Shown here one piece after another: positions 55,437 to 64,000 of a DNA stretch of 64,000 nucleotides; position 1 is the stretch's first letter; every line of letters starts with the position of its first letter. The notes beneath the pieces are model-generated. The model did not search any database, was not told the DNA's origin, and was given only the letters and a program-made list of their open reading frames with translations. The DNA comes from a virus. The DNA is taken from the IMG/VR virus record IMGVR_UViG_3300042691_032761; one strand, 5' to 3'. The position numbers were made by a program, and so were the translations under genes.

Positions 55437-58211
55437 ATGACAGTATACTATTACGATAATAATCTTGGCAACACAACAAGTAGCGATGGTCTAAATGATC
55501 TTTTGCTTGGAGCAGCTATATCTTATCATACTTCTTTGGAGGCATTATTAGATAAATATGTTCCATATTATTTAAAACATAACTCATTAGAAGAATGGGA
55601 ATATGGTTTAGGCAAAGTGATCAACAGCGAAGGACAAATAATATTAGCCAGAGGAGGCTATGATAGTTCCACAACAATCTACAAGTCTTCCAATTCTAAC
55701 GCTAAAGTATCACTAAGTGCTGGAACAAAAACTGTCACAGCCATTATAAATGCTGAAAGAATCAATCACGGCGGGAATAATTTTACTCTTAAGAATTCTA
55801 ATTTCACCGCGGATACTGTTCAAACAATATATGGTGTGACCGCTAGTGGATCCAATGTAACAGCCTCTCTCCCTTCTGCTTCTGGTAATAAAAATTTAGT
55901 ACTATCTTTTAGATCATTAAATTCATCAACGAATAATGTGATAATAACCCCATCTGGATCACAACTTATTGATGGATCATCATCATTAACTTTAACTCCA
56001 GATACCAAATTTACATCTATAATATCTGATGGATCAGGATGGTATGAACTAAATAATGAAATTCAAGTTGATAGTGCTGGCTTGCCAGCGGGATCTTCTG
56101 GAAATATACAGTTTAAACTTAATTCAGTAGATTTTGGAGCATCAAATAATCTTCATTGGAATGGATCTGGTTTATTAATTGGCGGATCAACCAGTGGTAC
56201 AGCAAACATAATGCTTCCATCTGTATCTGGCCAAAACACAATTATTAATAATCAAGCCTATGATGCGGACTTTCAAGTTAAAGGCACAGGAACTATAAAT
56301 CAATTATATTTTGATGCGTCAACAGGACGATTAGGCATCAACACTAATAATCCCTCTTCTATTTTACATCTTGTTGGTAAATGCGCTAATGAGACATTGA
56401 GATTAGAAACATCAACAGAATGCCCAAGTGGGACAGCTCTAACTCTATATCATAATTCTAGTATCGGCTCTCAAGTTGGAGACTACCCCGCGATTATTAA
56501 TCTTGCTGGAAGAAATAGTAATGGTCAACAAGTAAATTATGCTCAAATTAAGAGTAGAGTTTTAGGTACCTCCATCAATAATACTAGTGGAGAGTTACTA
56601 TTCTATGTTGATTTATCAGGAGTCTCCACAAATATATTATCTGTTCATCCCACAAGAACCAGTATCGGTTTGAATAATCAAAGTAATAATAATAATAACA
56701 TACTAATTGGTAATCAAGTAAATAATAGTGGATATAATAATTTTGTTGCTGGAAATAATGTTACCATAACAGGTTCTGGATCAAATACATCAACCGTAAT
56801 GGGTAATGGAAATATTATAAATGGTAGTAATAACATAGTCGCTGGACACTCTTCTGTTGCTTCTGGCAATAATCTGTATGTTATAGGATCAGATGTGGTT
56901 TATGGATCATCTGGCGTAGTAATAGGCAACAATTCTTCTGTATCAGGAACCTATATAACAGCCGCCGGATATGGTATTTATGCTACTGGAAATTATATTT
57001 CTAGCGTTGGACATAATAATACTGTTATTGGAAATTCTGGAAGCACAATAGGATTAAATAATACAGTTAATCAGCTCTCTACATCTGTTGGTATTGGTTC
57101 TAATGTTTCTGGAGCTTATTCAACATCTGTTGGTTATCTTAATTCAGTTAGTGGAGCAGATGTTAATAACTTAGGAAATATTAATACTATAAATGGAAAT
57201 AATAATATAGTTGTTGGAAATAATATCAGTCTGAGTGGAATTAGTGGCATTATTATAGGTCATAATATTACTTCTACAAATAATAACAATATTGTTATTG
57301 GCATTAATAATCCATCCATAAGCATACTTCCATCTAGTATAGTTGTAAATTCAGGACTAATAGACTCTGTGTCAATTTATGGGGCTTCATCGTCTTCTGG
57401 AATATTTATTACCAAAAGTGGAATTGGACTGAATAAAATTCCATCCTCATATTCATTAGATGTTAGTGGCACAATATCCACAGATTCAATATATACTCAA
57501 AATATAATTATTAATTCAGGATCTTCTCCGGCCCCCGTTTCTGGCGCTATTGCTACATACCAGCCGAATGGTTATGTGTCATTTGTTCCGCCATCTGCTG
57601 TAATTCCAAGTGATACTGCACAGTTATCTTCAGTTATGTCTAGTGGAGCCATGTTGATTTATAATGGATCGAGACTAGTTTCTACTACTGGAGTATATTG
57701 GAATTCTACAAGTGGAGTATATTTTGGTGATTTAAATACAGTATTTCCAACAGGACAAGGCACGGTATTGATAAATAATAATAAAGCATCATTGACAAAT
57801 GCTTTTAATATACTTGGATCTACTAATAATAATTTATTTGTCGTAAATAGCGAATATAATAGAGTTGGCATTAATGTTAGTCCAAGTTATAATTTACATG
57901 TATCAGGAACAACAAGACTTTTTAATAGCACATATTATTTTGTTGAATACAATAATGATCAATTTACAATATCTTACGACACCGGCCCATCGTCCCCTAA
58001 TAGATTTGCTGTAACATCTTCTGGCTTGTATATCAACCAAGGAGCCGGAGAAGGTATTTTACCACAACAAACATATGCTACATCATATCCAACAACCACA
58101 ACAGCAAATAATATTAAAATGACAGTATTTGATACTACTAACAATAAATTAGCTTATGCAGAAACAATTGTGGCCGGATATGGGGCATTTTCAGGAACAT
58201 CAGATACTTAA
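55437..58211 (+). CDS. tail fibre/adhesin with YadA-like beta-roll repeats
   Basis: Asn/Gly/Ser repeats (GxxNxxxG...VG) and RLGINT fibre motifs. Confidence 0.7.
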   Translation: MTVYYYDNNLGNTTSSDGLNDLLLGAAISYHTSLEALLDKYVPYYLKHNSLEEWEYGLGKVINSEGQIILARGGYDSSTTIYKSSNSNAKVSLSAGTKTVTAIINAERINHGGNNFTLKNSNFTADTVQTIYGVTASGSNVTASLPSASGNKNLVLSFRSLNSSTNNVIITPSGSQLIDGSSSLTLTPDTKFTSIISDGSGWYELNNEIQVDSAGLPAGSSGNIQFKLNSVDFGASNNLHWNGSGLLIGGSTSGTANIMLPSVSGQNTIINNQAYDADFQVKGTGTINQLYFDASTGRLGINTNNPSSILHLVGKCANETLRLETSTECPSGTALTLYHNSSIGSQVGDYPAIINLAGRNSNGQQVNYAQIKSRVLGTSINNTSGELLFYVDLSGVSTNILSVHPTRTSIGLNNQSNNNNNILIGNQVNNSGYNNFVAGNNVTITGSGSNTSTVMGNGNIINGSNNIVAGHSSVASGNNLYVIGSDVVYGSSGVVIGNNSSVSGTYITAAGYGIYATGNYISSVGHNNTVIGNSGSTIGLNNTVNQLSTSVGIGSNVSGAYSTSVGYLNSVSGADVNNLGNINTINGNNNIVVGNNISLSGISGIIIGHNITSTNNNNIVIGINNPSISILPSSIVVNSGLIDSVSIYGASSSSGIFITKSGIGLNKIPSSYSLDVSGTISTDSIYTQNIIINSGSSPAPVSGAIATYQPNGYVSFVPPSAVIPSDTAQLSSVMSSGAMLIYNGSRLVSTTGVYWNSTSGVYFGDLNTVFPTGQGTVLINNNKASLTNAFNILGSTNNNLFVVNSEYNRVGINVSPSYNLHVSGTTRLFNSTYYFVEYNNDQFTISYDTGPSSPNRFAVTSSGLYINQGAGEGILPQQTYATSYPTTTTANNIKMTVFDTTNNKLAYAETIVAGYGAFSGTSDT

Positions 58212-58222
58212 AAGGTTAAAAC

Positions 58223-59515
58223 ATGAGTAAATATTTTCATAGAACAAATCTAAACACAAATACTACTCCATCTGCTGGAGAAATGACAGAAGGCGAAATT
58301 GCTATAAATGCTTCTACTCTGGGTTCTGCATCTAATGGATTTAATAATGGTAGACTATATATTAAACTTAGTAATGGTGAAATTAGAAGATTTATTGGTT
58401 TAGGTTTACCAGGAACATCAGAAGAAGCATTTAAAACCAAATATGGTGGAACCAATAATTCTTTTAGCGGAGCAACTGCCCCGTCTGTTGGCAACTCAAA
58501 GCCATTAATGTATTTTAACTATAATGCTAATGGTAACCATACTATTGATAAGGCCACCAATGACACATTAACATGGAATCCAAGTACAGGAAGATTGAAT
58601 GTTAATAGATCAACAGAAGCTCTGGCCACCCTAGATGTTGGCGGAGATGTAAGGATACAAACTGTGCCAGACTGGACAACAGGATTTGCCGAGTCATTCA
58701 AAATAATTGGCTGGAGTAGTTCAAATCAAAATGTTTATGGTCTGACCTCTACGTCTTTTATGAGCAATCTATCCGATAATTCATTACCTCCTGTAAAAAT
58801 ATCTGGCGCTGTTGGGGTAACAAAGGGAGGTACGGGCGCTGATTTGTCTGCTTTAACTACTCAGGAGGGCAATGTATTCTTTTACAATTCTTCCTCAAGT
58901 AGATTTGATGTGTCAAGCAGTTTAAGATGGGACAACTCATATAATATACTAAAAATATCTGGAACTATTGAGAATGAATGTCCAACAGATAGCACAACAT
59001 CCGCCATACCATTAGGTCTTAATAGTTCTAATAGAATCGTTAAGTTATCATCAGACAATATAAACAATACTTGCTTTAAAAATATACTAGTTAGTGGTGT
59101 TGTTGTAGAAACTTTAGTGGCTGATTCTAATCAAGATACACTAATAATAAAAGCCGGAGATGGTATATCAATAGATGGAAATGCTTCTACAGATACTGTT
59201 ACAATTTCTAATACTTTCGTTCCTGCTGCTATTAGAGTAACATCATTAACTATGACCACTGGCTTAAATTTAAATATTAGTTCTGACAAATATCAATTTT
59301 TGAATCCAGGAGGATCAAATAGAGATGTATTTTTACTGTTTACTGTTTCGGAAGGGTCTGAATTCTTGATTAGAAACACAGACACGACATATAATTTAGA
59401 TGTATACAATGGACCAACAACTTCAGAATTATTGATAACATTGGATTCAAGTTATCCAGCAGCATCTTTTGTTAACGATGGATCTAACTGGAGATTAACG
59501 TTGAAATCAACTTGA
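58223..59515 (+). CDS. tail fibre-related protein
   Basis: EGEIAIN...GRLYIK N-terminus, KGGTGA motif. Confidence 0.65.
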   Translation: MSKYFHRTNLNTNTTPSAGEMTEGEIAINASTLGSASNGFNNGRLYIKLSNGEIRRFIGLGLPGTSEEAFKTKYGGTNNSFSGATAPSVGNSKPLMYFNYNANGNHTIDKATNDTLTWNPSTGRLNVNRSTEALATLDVGGDVRIQTVPDWTTGFAESFKIIGWSSSNQNVYGLTSTSFMSNLSDNSLPPVKISGAVGVTKGGTGADLSALTTQEGNVFFYNSSSSRFDVSSSLRWDNSYNILKISGTIENECPTDSTTSAIPLGLNSSNRIVKLSSDNINNTCFKNILVSGVVVETLVADSNQDTLIIKAGDGISIDGNASTDTVTISNTFVPAAIRVTSLTMTTGLNLNISSDKYQFLNPGGSNRDVFLLFTVSEGSEFLIRNTDTTYNLDVYNGPTTSELLITLDSSYPAASFVNDGSNWRLTLKST

Positions 59516-59535
59516 TATAATAATAAGGACTTTAT

Positions 59536-61296
59536 ATGGCTAATTCTGTTAATATAAGATATGGAGGATCTCTTTTTAGCATTCCTCCTGCTTCTGGAAG
59601 AGCTATTCCTCTTGTAACAATAGATACAGTTGCGAATAGAGATATAGATAATAATATTTTATCTTATAAATCTACACTACAGTTAGAAGGTACTATTATT
59701 GGCACAGGACTAAGCCATTGCCTATCCCAATATAGTGGAATAGAAACATACTTTTCTGATCCAGCAAAACAAAATAAAACTTTTGAAATAATTTGTGATG
59801 GATTTCAATTAAGCAGCTACTCTGGAACATACTTTGTTTCTAGCAATGCAGCAAGAAGTGAAAACAATTGGGTTGTGACTCTTCCGTATTCTATTAGTTT
59901 AGAAAGTATATACGCGACAGGAAACAGTGTTATAGAATCATATGATGATAGTTGGACAATAGAGCCTTTGGAAGAGGTTTATTATTTTGATTATACTCCA
60001 AAAACAACATTGTATGAATATAAATCTTCTAGTACTATAGATGTTTCAAAAGCTCCTAGTCAAACAGATTTAGAAACAAAAATTGTAGATATTCCAATGC
60101 GTAACTTTTTACAGTATAGAATTACACACAGACTTAGTGCTGTTGGCAAAGCAATTGACAGATCAAATCCAAATAATCCAAATAATCCAGGGTTAAATAG
60201 TAAAGCATATCATGAGGCTGCTAAATGGGTTAAAGAGAGAGCAGATGTGGCATATGGTCCATTTGTGTCAAGTACTCCGCCAACAGGAATTCAGATATAT
60301 AATAAGCCTTATGGAACAACTGAGAATGGTTTAAGATTATATAATCATATGAGGACAGTAGAATCAAATGTTTCTGCTGGATCGTATGGTATTACAGATA
60401 CTTGGCTTGCTCTTGGAACCGGAGTTAAATATACTGAAGATTTTACATGGGAAATTTCTACAGACGATAAGTTCTTAAAAACAGTTGCTATTAATGGAAC
60501 AATAAAAGGATTAGAAGAAGCTCCAAATGGTTATGTAATTTTTCCTAGTTCTTTAATGACAGGGTATATTTCAGATGAATTTTTACCATCGTTTAAAGAT
60601 CAAACTAAAACAAACAATAAATTTATTAATGCTATTAATGGCTATATGTCTGGAGTCAAACCATATTTATATGAAAGGGCATCAGCCGCTTTATCTTCTG
60701 TGCCTAGTCCAAATGCTCCACAAGGAAGAACATTGCCTGTTAGATGGATTGGTGCTAAAAATATAGTTCCATTAAATATTACGCCATTAACTTATACTGA
60801 AACTTTAAATCCTATTGCTGGTTCCATAAGTTATAATGTGTCTTATAATAATAAGCCGGGGTCATGGTTATCTGGCGTATTGTCGTCAACATTAAATATA
60901 ACGGACAATAGGCAATCAGATGTTGTTGCAGAAACATTCGTTCTTGGTAGGCCATTGGGTCCAATTTTAGAAAAAGTGGGTAATTCAAAATCCGAAAGAA
61001 GAGTGAATCTTGAAGTTTTGTTCCCAGTACCAACAGGATTTAAGTCTAGTCATCCACAATCTCCAGAATGTGTAATCTATAGAGATAGGGCAGAATATAA
61101 ACAAATGAAAGAATTAATGGATGCCTTTAAGCCAATTGGAGCGGCAACTTTTGCGTCACTAGTTCCAACCTCTTCTTATTCATTAGCAGATGTTGGAATA
61201 GTATTTAAAACTAGTGATTCTCAAACCTGGACACCGTTTGAAGGGAGATTTAGTTGGGATATAACATGGGTTTATACCTCCGGATTCTGCTCATAA
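59536..61296 (+). CDS. tail tip/distal tail protein
   Basis: Beta-rich; repeated DSW/WEI segments; position after TMP and fibres. Confidence 0.55.
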   Translation: MANSVNIRYGGSLFSIPPASGRAIPLVTIDTVANRDIDNNILSYKSTLQLEGTIIGTGLSHCLSQYSGIETYFSDPAKQNKTFEIICDGFQLSSYSGTYFVSSNAARSENNWVVTLPYSISLESIYATGNSVIESYDDSWTIEPLEEVYYFDYTPKTTLYEYKSSSTIDVSKAPSQTDLETKIVDIPMRNFLQYRITHRLSAVGKAIDRSNPNNPNNPGLNSKAYHEAAKWVKERADVAYGPFVSSTPPTGIQIYNKPYGTTENGLRLYNHMRTVESNVSAGSYGITDTWLALGTGVKYTEDFTWEISTDDKFLKTVAINGTIKGLEEAPNGYVIFPSSLMTGYISDEFLPSFKDQTKTNNKFINAINGYMSGVKPYLYERASAALSSVPSPNAPQGRTLPVRWIGAKNIVPLNITPLTYTETLNPIAGSISYNVSYNNKPGSWLSGVLSSTLNITDNRQSDVVAETFVLGRPLGPILEKVGNSKSERRVNLEVLFPVPTGFKSSHPQSPECVIYRDRAEYKQMKELMDAFKPIGAATFASLVPTSSYSLADVGIVFKTSDSQTWTPFEGRFSWDITWVYTSGFCS

Positions 61297-61321
61297 TTCA
61301 TAAATTAATAGGATAAAACAA

Positions 61322-64000
61322 ATGGTTTGTTCGACAATTTTAAATATACCAGGAAAACAAGGAGGAGATACAAAAACATATAATATTTGTTGTACTAAAG
61401 TGTATAGTCAAACACTATTTTTAGGAGGTAGCGTAAAAGCATTCAATGCGTCTTTAGCATGGGGATCAGAAGCGAGTAAATTAACTGTTGAAATTAGTGT
61501 TGACAAATGCGACTACCCTGTTCAAAAAGATCTAAATGGAAATATTGTATTAGTAATGCCAGAAGCAAATAGCTATACTGTCAATAGATTAAATAATACA
61601 TTTCAAAAAGATGAAAACGGTAACTCTCTTATTCCAGCAAAAGTTTATTATAAACCCTACTATGATACAACTAAAAAAAGTGGATATTTAGCATCATACT
61701 ATTGGACTGGTTCTGATCCAGGATTTTATGGAGAAATATTTGATGCATATGGAAATGTAGATGTTGCAAAGAGTGTGGATATTGTTGGTTGCGCAGTATA
61801 TTTTAAATATGATGATTTTGAGTTTTATGGCATTGTTAAAGGATGGCAACGACAAGGAGGATCAAGTGGCACAATAACTTATTCCATAGATATAGAATCT
61901 CCATCATTTTTATTAACTCAAACTCAAATGATTTTGTCAGATTATAATGGAGCTATTTTTTCTAAAACCAATGGATCTGATGGTTCTCAATTTACAAAAT
62001 TTGGCTTTCCAAAAACAAATGCCGGAACCTACACCGGAGCCATATCTGAACAAAATATTCCAAACCTAATAAATGTATTTGGATATCTCGAAGATTCTGC
62101 AGCAATCACCTCTGCAACACCGGCTTATAGGTATGGTCGCTCTGAAAGAAATGATCAAGGAATATCAGCTTTATATATTATGCAAGGAATTTATGATCTA
62201 CTAAATAGTACTAAGCCAGTTACATCTAATAAACAAAAAATTCTCAGATACTCACCATATGGAAGAATTGTTGGGAAAGCTCCAAAATTTAAATCATCAT
62301 TAAATGATGTATTTGTATCATTGAATGACTTAGAGCAAAAACCATATTCTTTTGGTTTGCTAAAGCCTAGTTTTTATACCAAATATACTGATCAAAATTT
62401 AGATTTATATGTGATGCCATATTCTATTAATTTTAATGATATATTAAATAATGGAATTATTCCATCATATTATCGTATATCCGACCAAAAGATGGATTTG
62501 CTTCAATTTTTCACAACCGTTGCTGAAAATACTGGACAAAATATATTCATTTCAATGGAATTAGATATAACAGAAGAGGGAACTTTTCCAGTTATTAAAA
62601 TTAATAGTATTAGTAAACTCATAAATAGTCCAGATGGTATAGTTCAAGAATTTATTGATGATATAGTATCTAAAGGAGTATCTGTTACCTCCTACTCCAA
62701 AGGAGAAGAATTAAATAATAACGATCCAATTAGAACCATGGTTGTTGGAGGAAAACAGCAAAGACTTTACCAGGTGTCAAACTTAAAATATGCTTTAAAG
62801 CAAAGTACTTTGAGATATAGTGCTTATGTGAACAAATTTGTAAAGATAGATCATTTCAATGCTTTAGCAGGATCTGAGAGTCAACAAAGATATAGACTAT
62901 TTGACCCTGTTAATATAAGAAATCCAGATCTTTATAGATCACAGGATAAAACTCCAGCATTACCATTCGGCAGAGTAGAACTCTATTCTGCAGCATTTAA
63001 AGAGAAAAAAAGTTTACTAGGAGGATATGTTCAGAATAAAGGAAACTATTTACCAGAAATAAGTTTCGTTAAAAACGAATTAGATCCAACAAAAAGACAA
63101 TCTAAAAAAGGTGGATGGGTATATGATTCTTATATTTATGATGCAATATGTCCCTACTTCGGCAACGACGAATTAACAGGATATGTAAGGCCAGTCTTTC
63201 AGCACTACAATAATATGATAAATGATATATCCGCTTCTTCTATTAGCGCAGACGGAAATGGCGGAGGAGTAGGATTTTTAGTTGGATTTACATTGGCAGA
63301 AATAGGTGCGGCAATAGGAGTAAATTACTCCCAAGCAAATTTTAGAGTTAGAATAAGTGAAACAGAGATTAGAGCAGCGATGAGTGGTTATGATGCTTAT
63401 GTTGCTTTTTTGACCGGTATGCTTGAGGATGGAGTTGTTCTTAATTGTTTTAATTCTGTGGAAAAACCAAATTTTCCTGTAGATATATGGAAACATGTTC
63501 TTGGTCCAATAATCATGCCAGTAAAGGTTGCTGCTGGAGCAGCTTCTTATGATAGTTTTTCTTCTCCTTTTTTAAAGGGTCTGGTTAGCGGATTAACAAG
63601 AGACTTTAATGTCGCGGCAACAACCGGGGTATCAGGTAAAGATGGAAATGCTAGCGTAGCATTGGCTGCTCAATCATCTGTTGCTACCGATCCAAGACTA
63701 TATGATATCCTTGTAAAATTACATGGTTTTTTTAAAAATATTGGTGATACTTATTATGGTAAACAATATATGATAAATGTTCCGTCGCCACAAGTTTGGA
63801 CGGATGTACAATATTTTAAAGATACACAAGGAAATAATCTACAAATACCGATAGGGGTAGATTCTAATAACAAGCCAATATATCTATTGTCTGGTTCAAA
63901 AAAAACATATTATTCATTTGAACCAACAGATTTTGCATGGGAAGAGCCAGGAAATTATATAGATGATTGTTTGATGGTTGGAAATGCTATTCTGGATCCG
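61322..64000 (+). CDS. large tail-tip/baseplate hub protein (truncated by window end)
   Basis: ATG at 61322 (MVCSTILNIPG...QTLFLGGSVKAFNASLAWG); no stop found to the end of the window, which would explain its absence from the ORF track. Confidence 0.7.
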   Translation, partial: MVCSTILNIPGKQGGDTKTYNICCTKVYSQTLFLGGSVKAFNASLAWGSEASKLTVEISVDKCDYPVQKDLNGNIVLVMPEANSYTVNRLNNTFQKDENGNSLIPAKVYYKPYYDTTKKSGYLASYYWTGSDPGFYGEIFDAYGNVDVAKSVDIVGCAVYFKYDDFEFYGIVKGWQRQGGSSGTITYSIDIESPSFLLTQTQMILSDYNGAIFSKTNGSDGSQFTKFGFPKTNAGTYTGAISEQNIPNLINVFGYLEDSAAITSATPAYRYGRSERNDQGISALYIMQGIYDLLNSTKPVTSNKQKILRYSPYGRIVGKAPKFKSSLNDVFVSLNDLEQKPYSFGLLKPSFYTKYTDQNLDLYVMPYSINFNDILNNGIIPSYYRISDQKMDLLQFFTTVAENTGQNIFISMELDITEEGTFPVIKINSISKLINSPDGIVQEFIDDIVSKGVSVTSYSKGEELNNNDPIRTMVVGGKQQRLYQVSNLKYALKQSTLRYSAYVNKFVKIDHFNALAGSESQQRYRLFDPVNIRNPDLYRSQDKTPALPFGRVELYSAAFKEKKSLLGGYVQNKGNYLPEISFVKNELDPTKRQSKKGGWVYDSYIYDAICPYFGNDELTGYVRPVFQHYNNMINDISASSISADGNGGGVGFLVGFTLAEIGAAIGVNYSQANFRVRISETEIRAAMSGYDAYVAFLTGMLEDGVVLNCFNSVEKPNFPVDIWKHVLGPIIMPVKVAAGAASYDSFSSPFLKGLVSGLTRDFNVAATTGVSGKDGNASVALAAQSSVATDPRLYDILVKLHGFFKNIGDTYYGKQYMINVPSPQVWTDVQYFKDTQGNNLQIPIGVDSNNKPIYLLSGSKKTYYSFEPTDFAWEEPGNYIDDCLMVGNAILDP

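Overview
A 64-kb segment of a large tailed dsDNA phage with an HK97-type head and a long, apparently non-contractile tail; the host is probably Planctomycetota/PVC (inferred). There are two divergent arms. LEFT ARM (1 to about 19.5 kb, minus strand, visibly GC-richer from about 2.6 kb): an early/host-takeover region of about 45 small ORFs, 7 tRNAs, a tRNA-like element and several candidate structured ncRNAs. Recognisable ORFs include DUF932/TIGR03299, a PRTase, a GP88-like protein, a ribosomal bL12-CTD-like protein, WYL-like and SH3-like minis, acidic peptides and an HNH nuclease. Two tRNAs have rare anticodons, Ser-ACT and Ile-TAT. Nearly every 1-4 gene unit sits behind a repeated composite intergenic module: a sigma70 promoter interleaved with a sigma28/FliA-type promoter, often a counter-oriented sigma54 -24/-12 box, a GC-rich spacer and a 29-bp 11-7-11 dyad (18 copies). 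Towards the arm boundary a CCCCC-Nn-GGGGG dyad takes over and forms a dense array at 18.6-18.9 kb. RIGHT ARM (19.6-64 kb, plus strand, AT-rich): phage sigma factor, probable TerS, gmd, HNH, ERCC4 nuclease, TerL, portal, protease/scaffold, decoration, major capsid, fibres, neck, tail tube, a 3593-aa tape measure carrying nuclease-like and peptidase-like inserts, and tail-tip proteins. A GGTGTAT motif precedes many of these genes and is a candidate late promoter. All calls come from reading motifs by eye; no searches were run.
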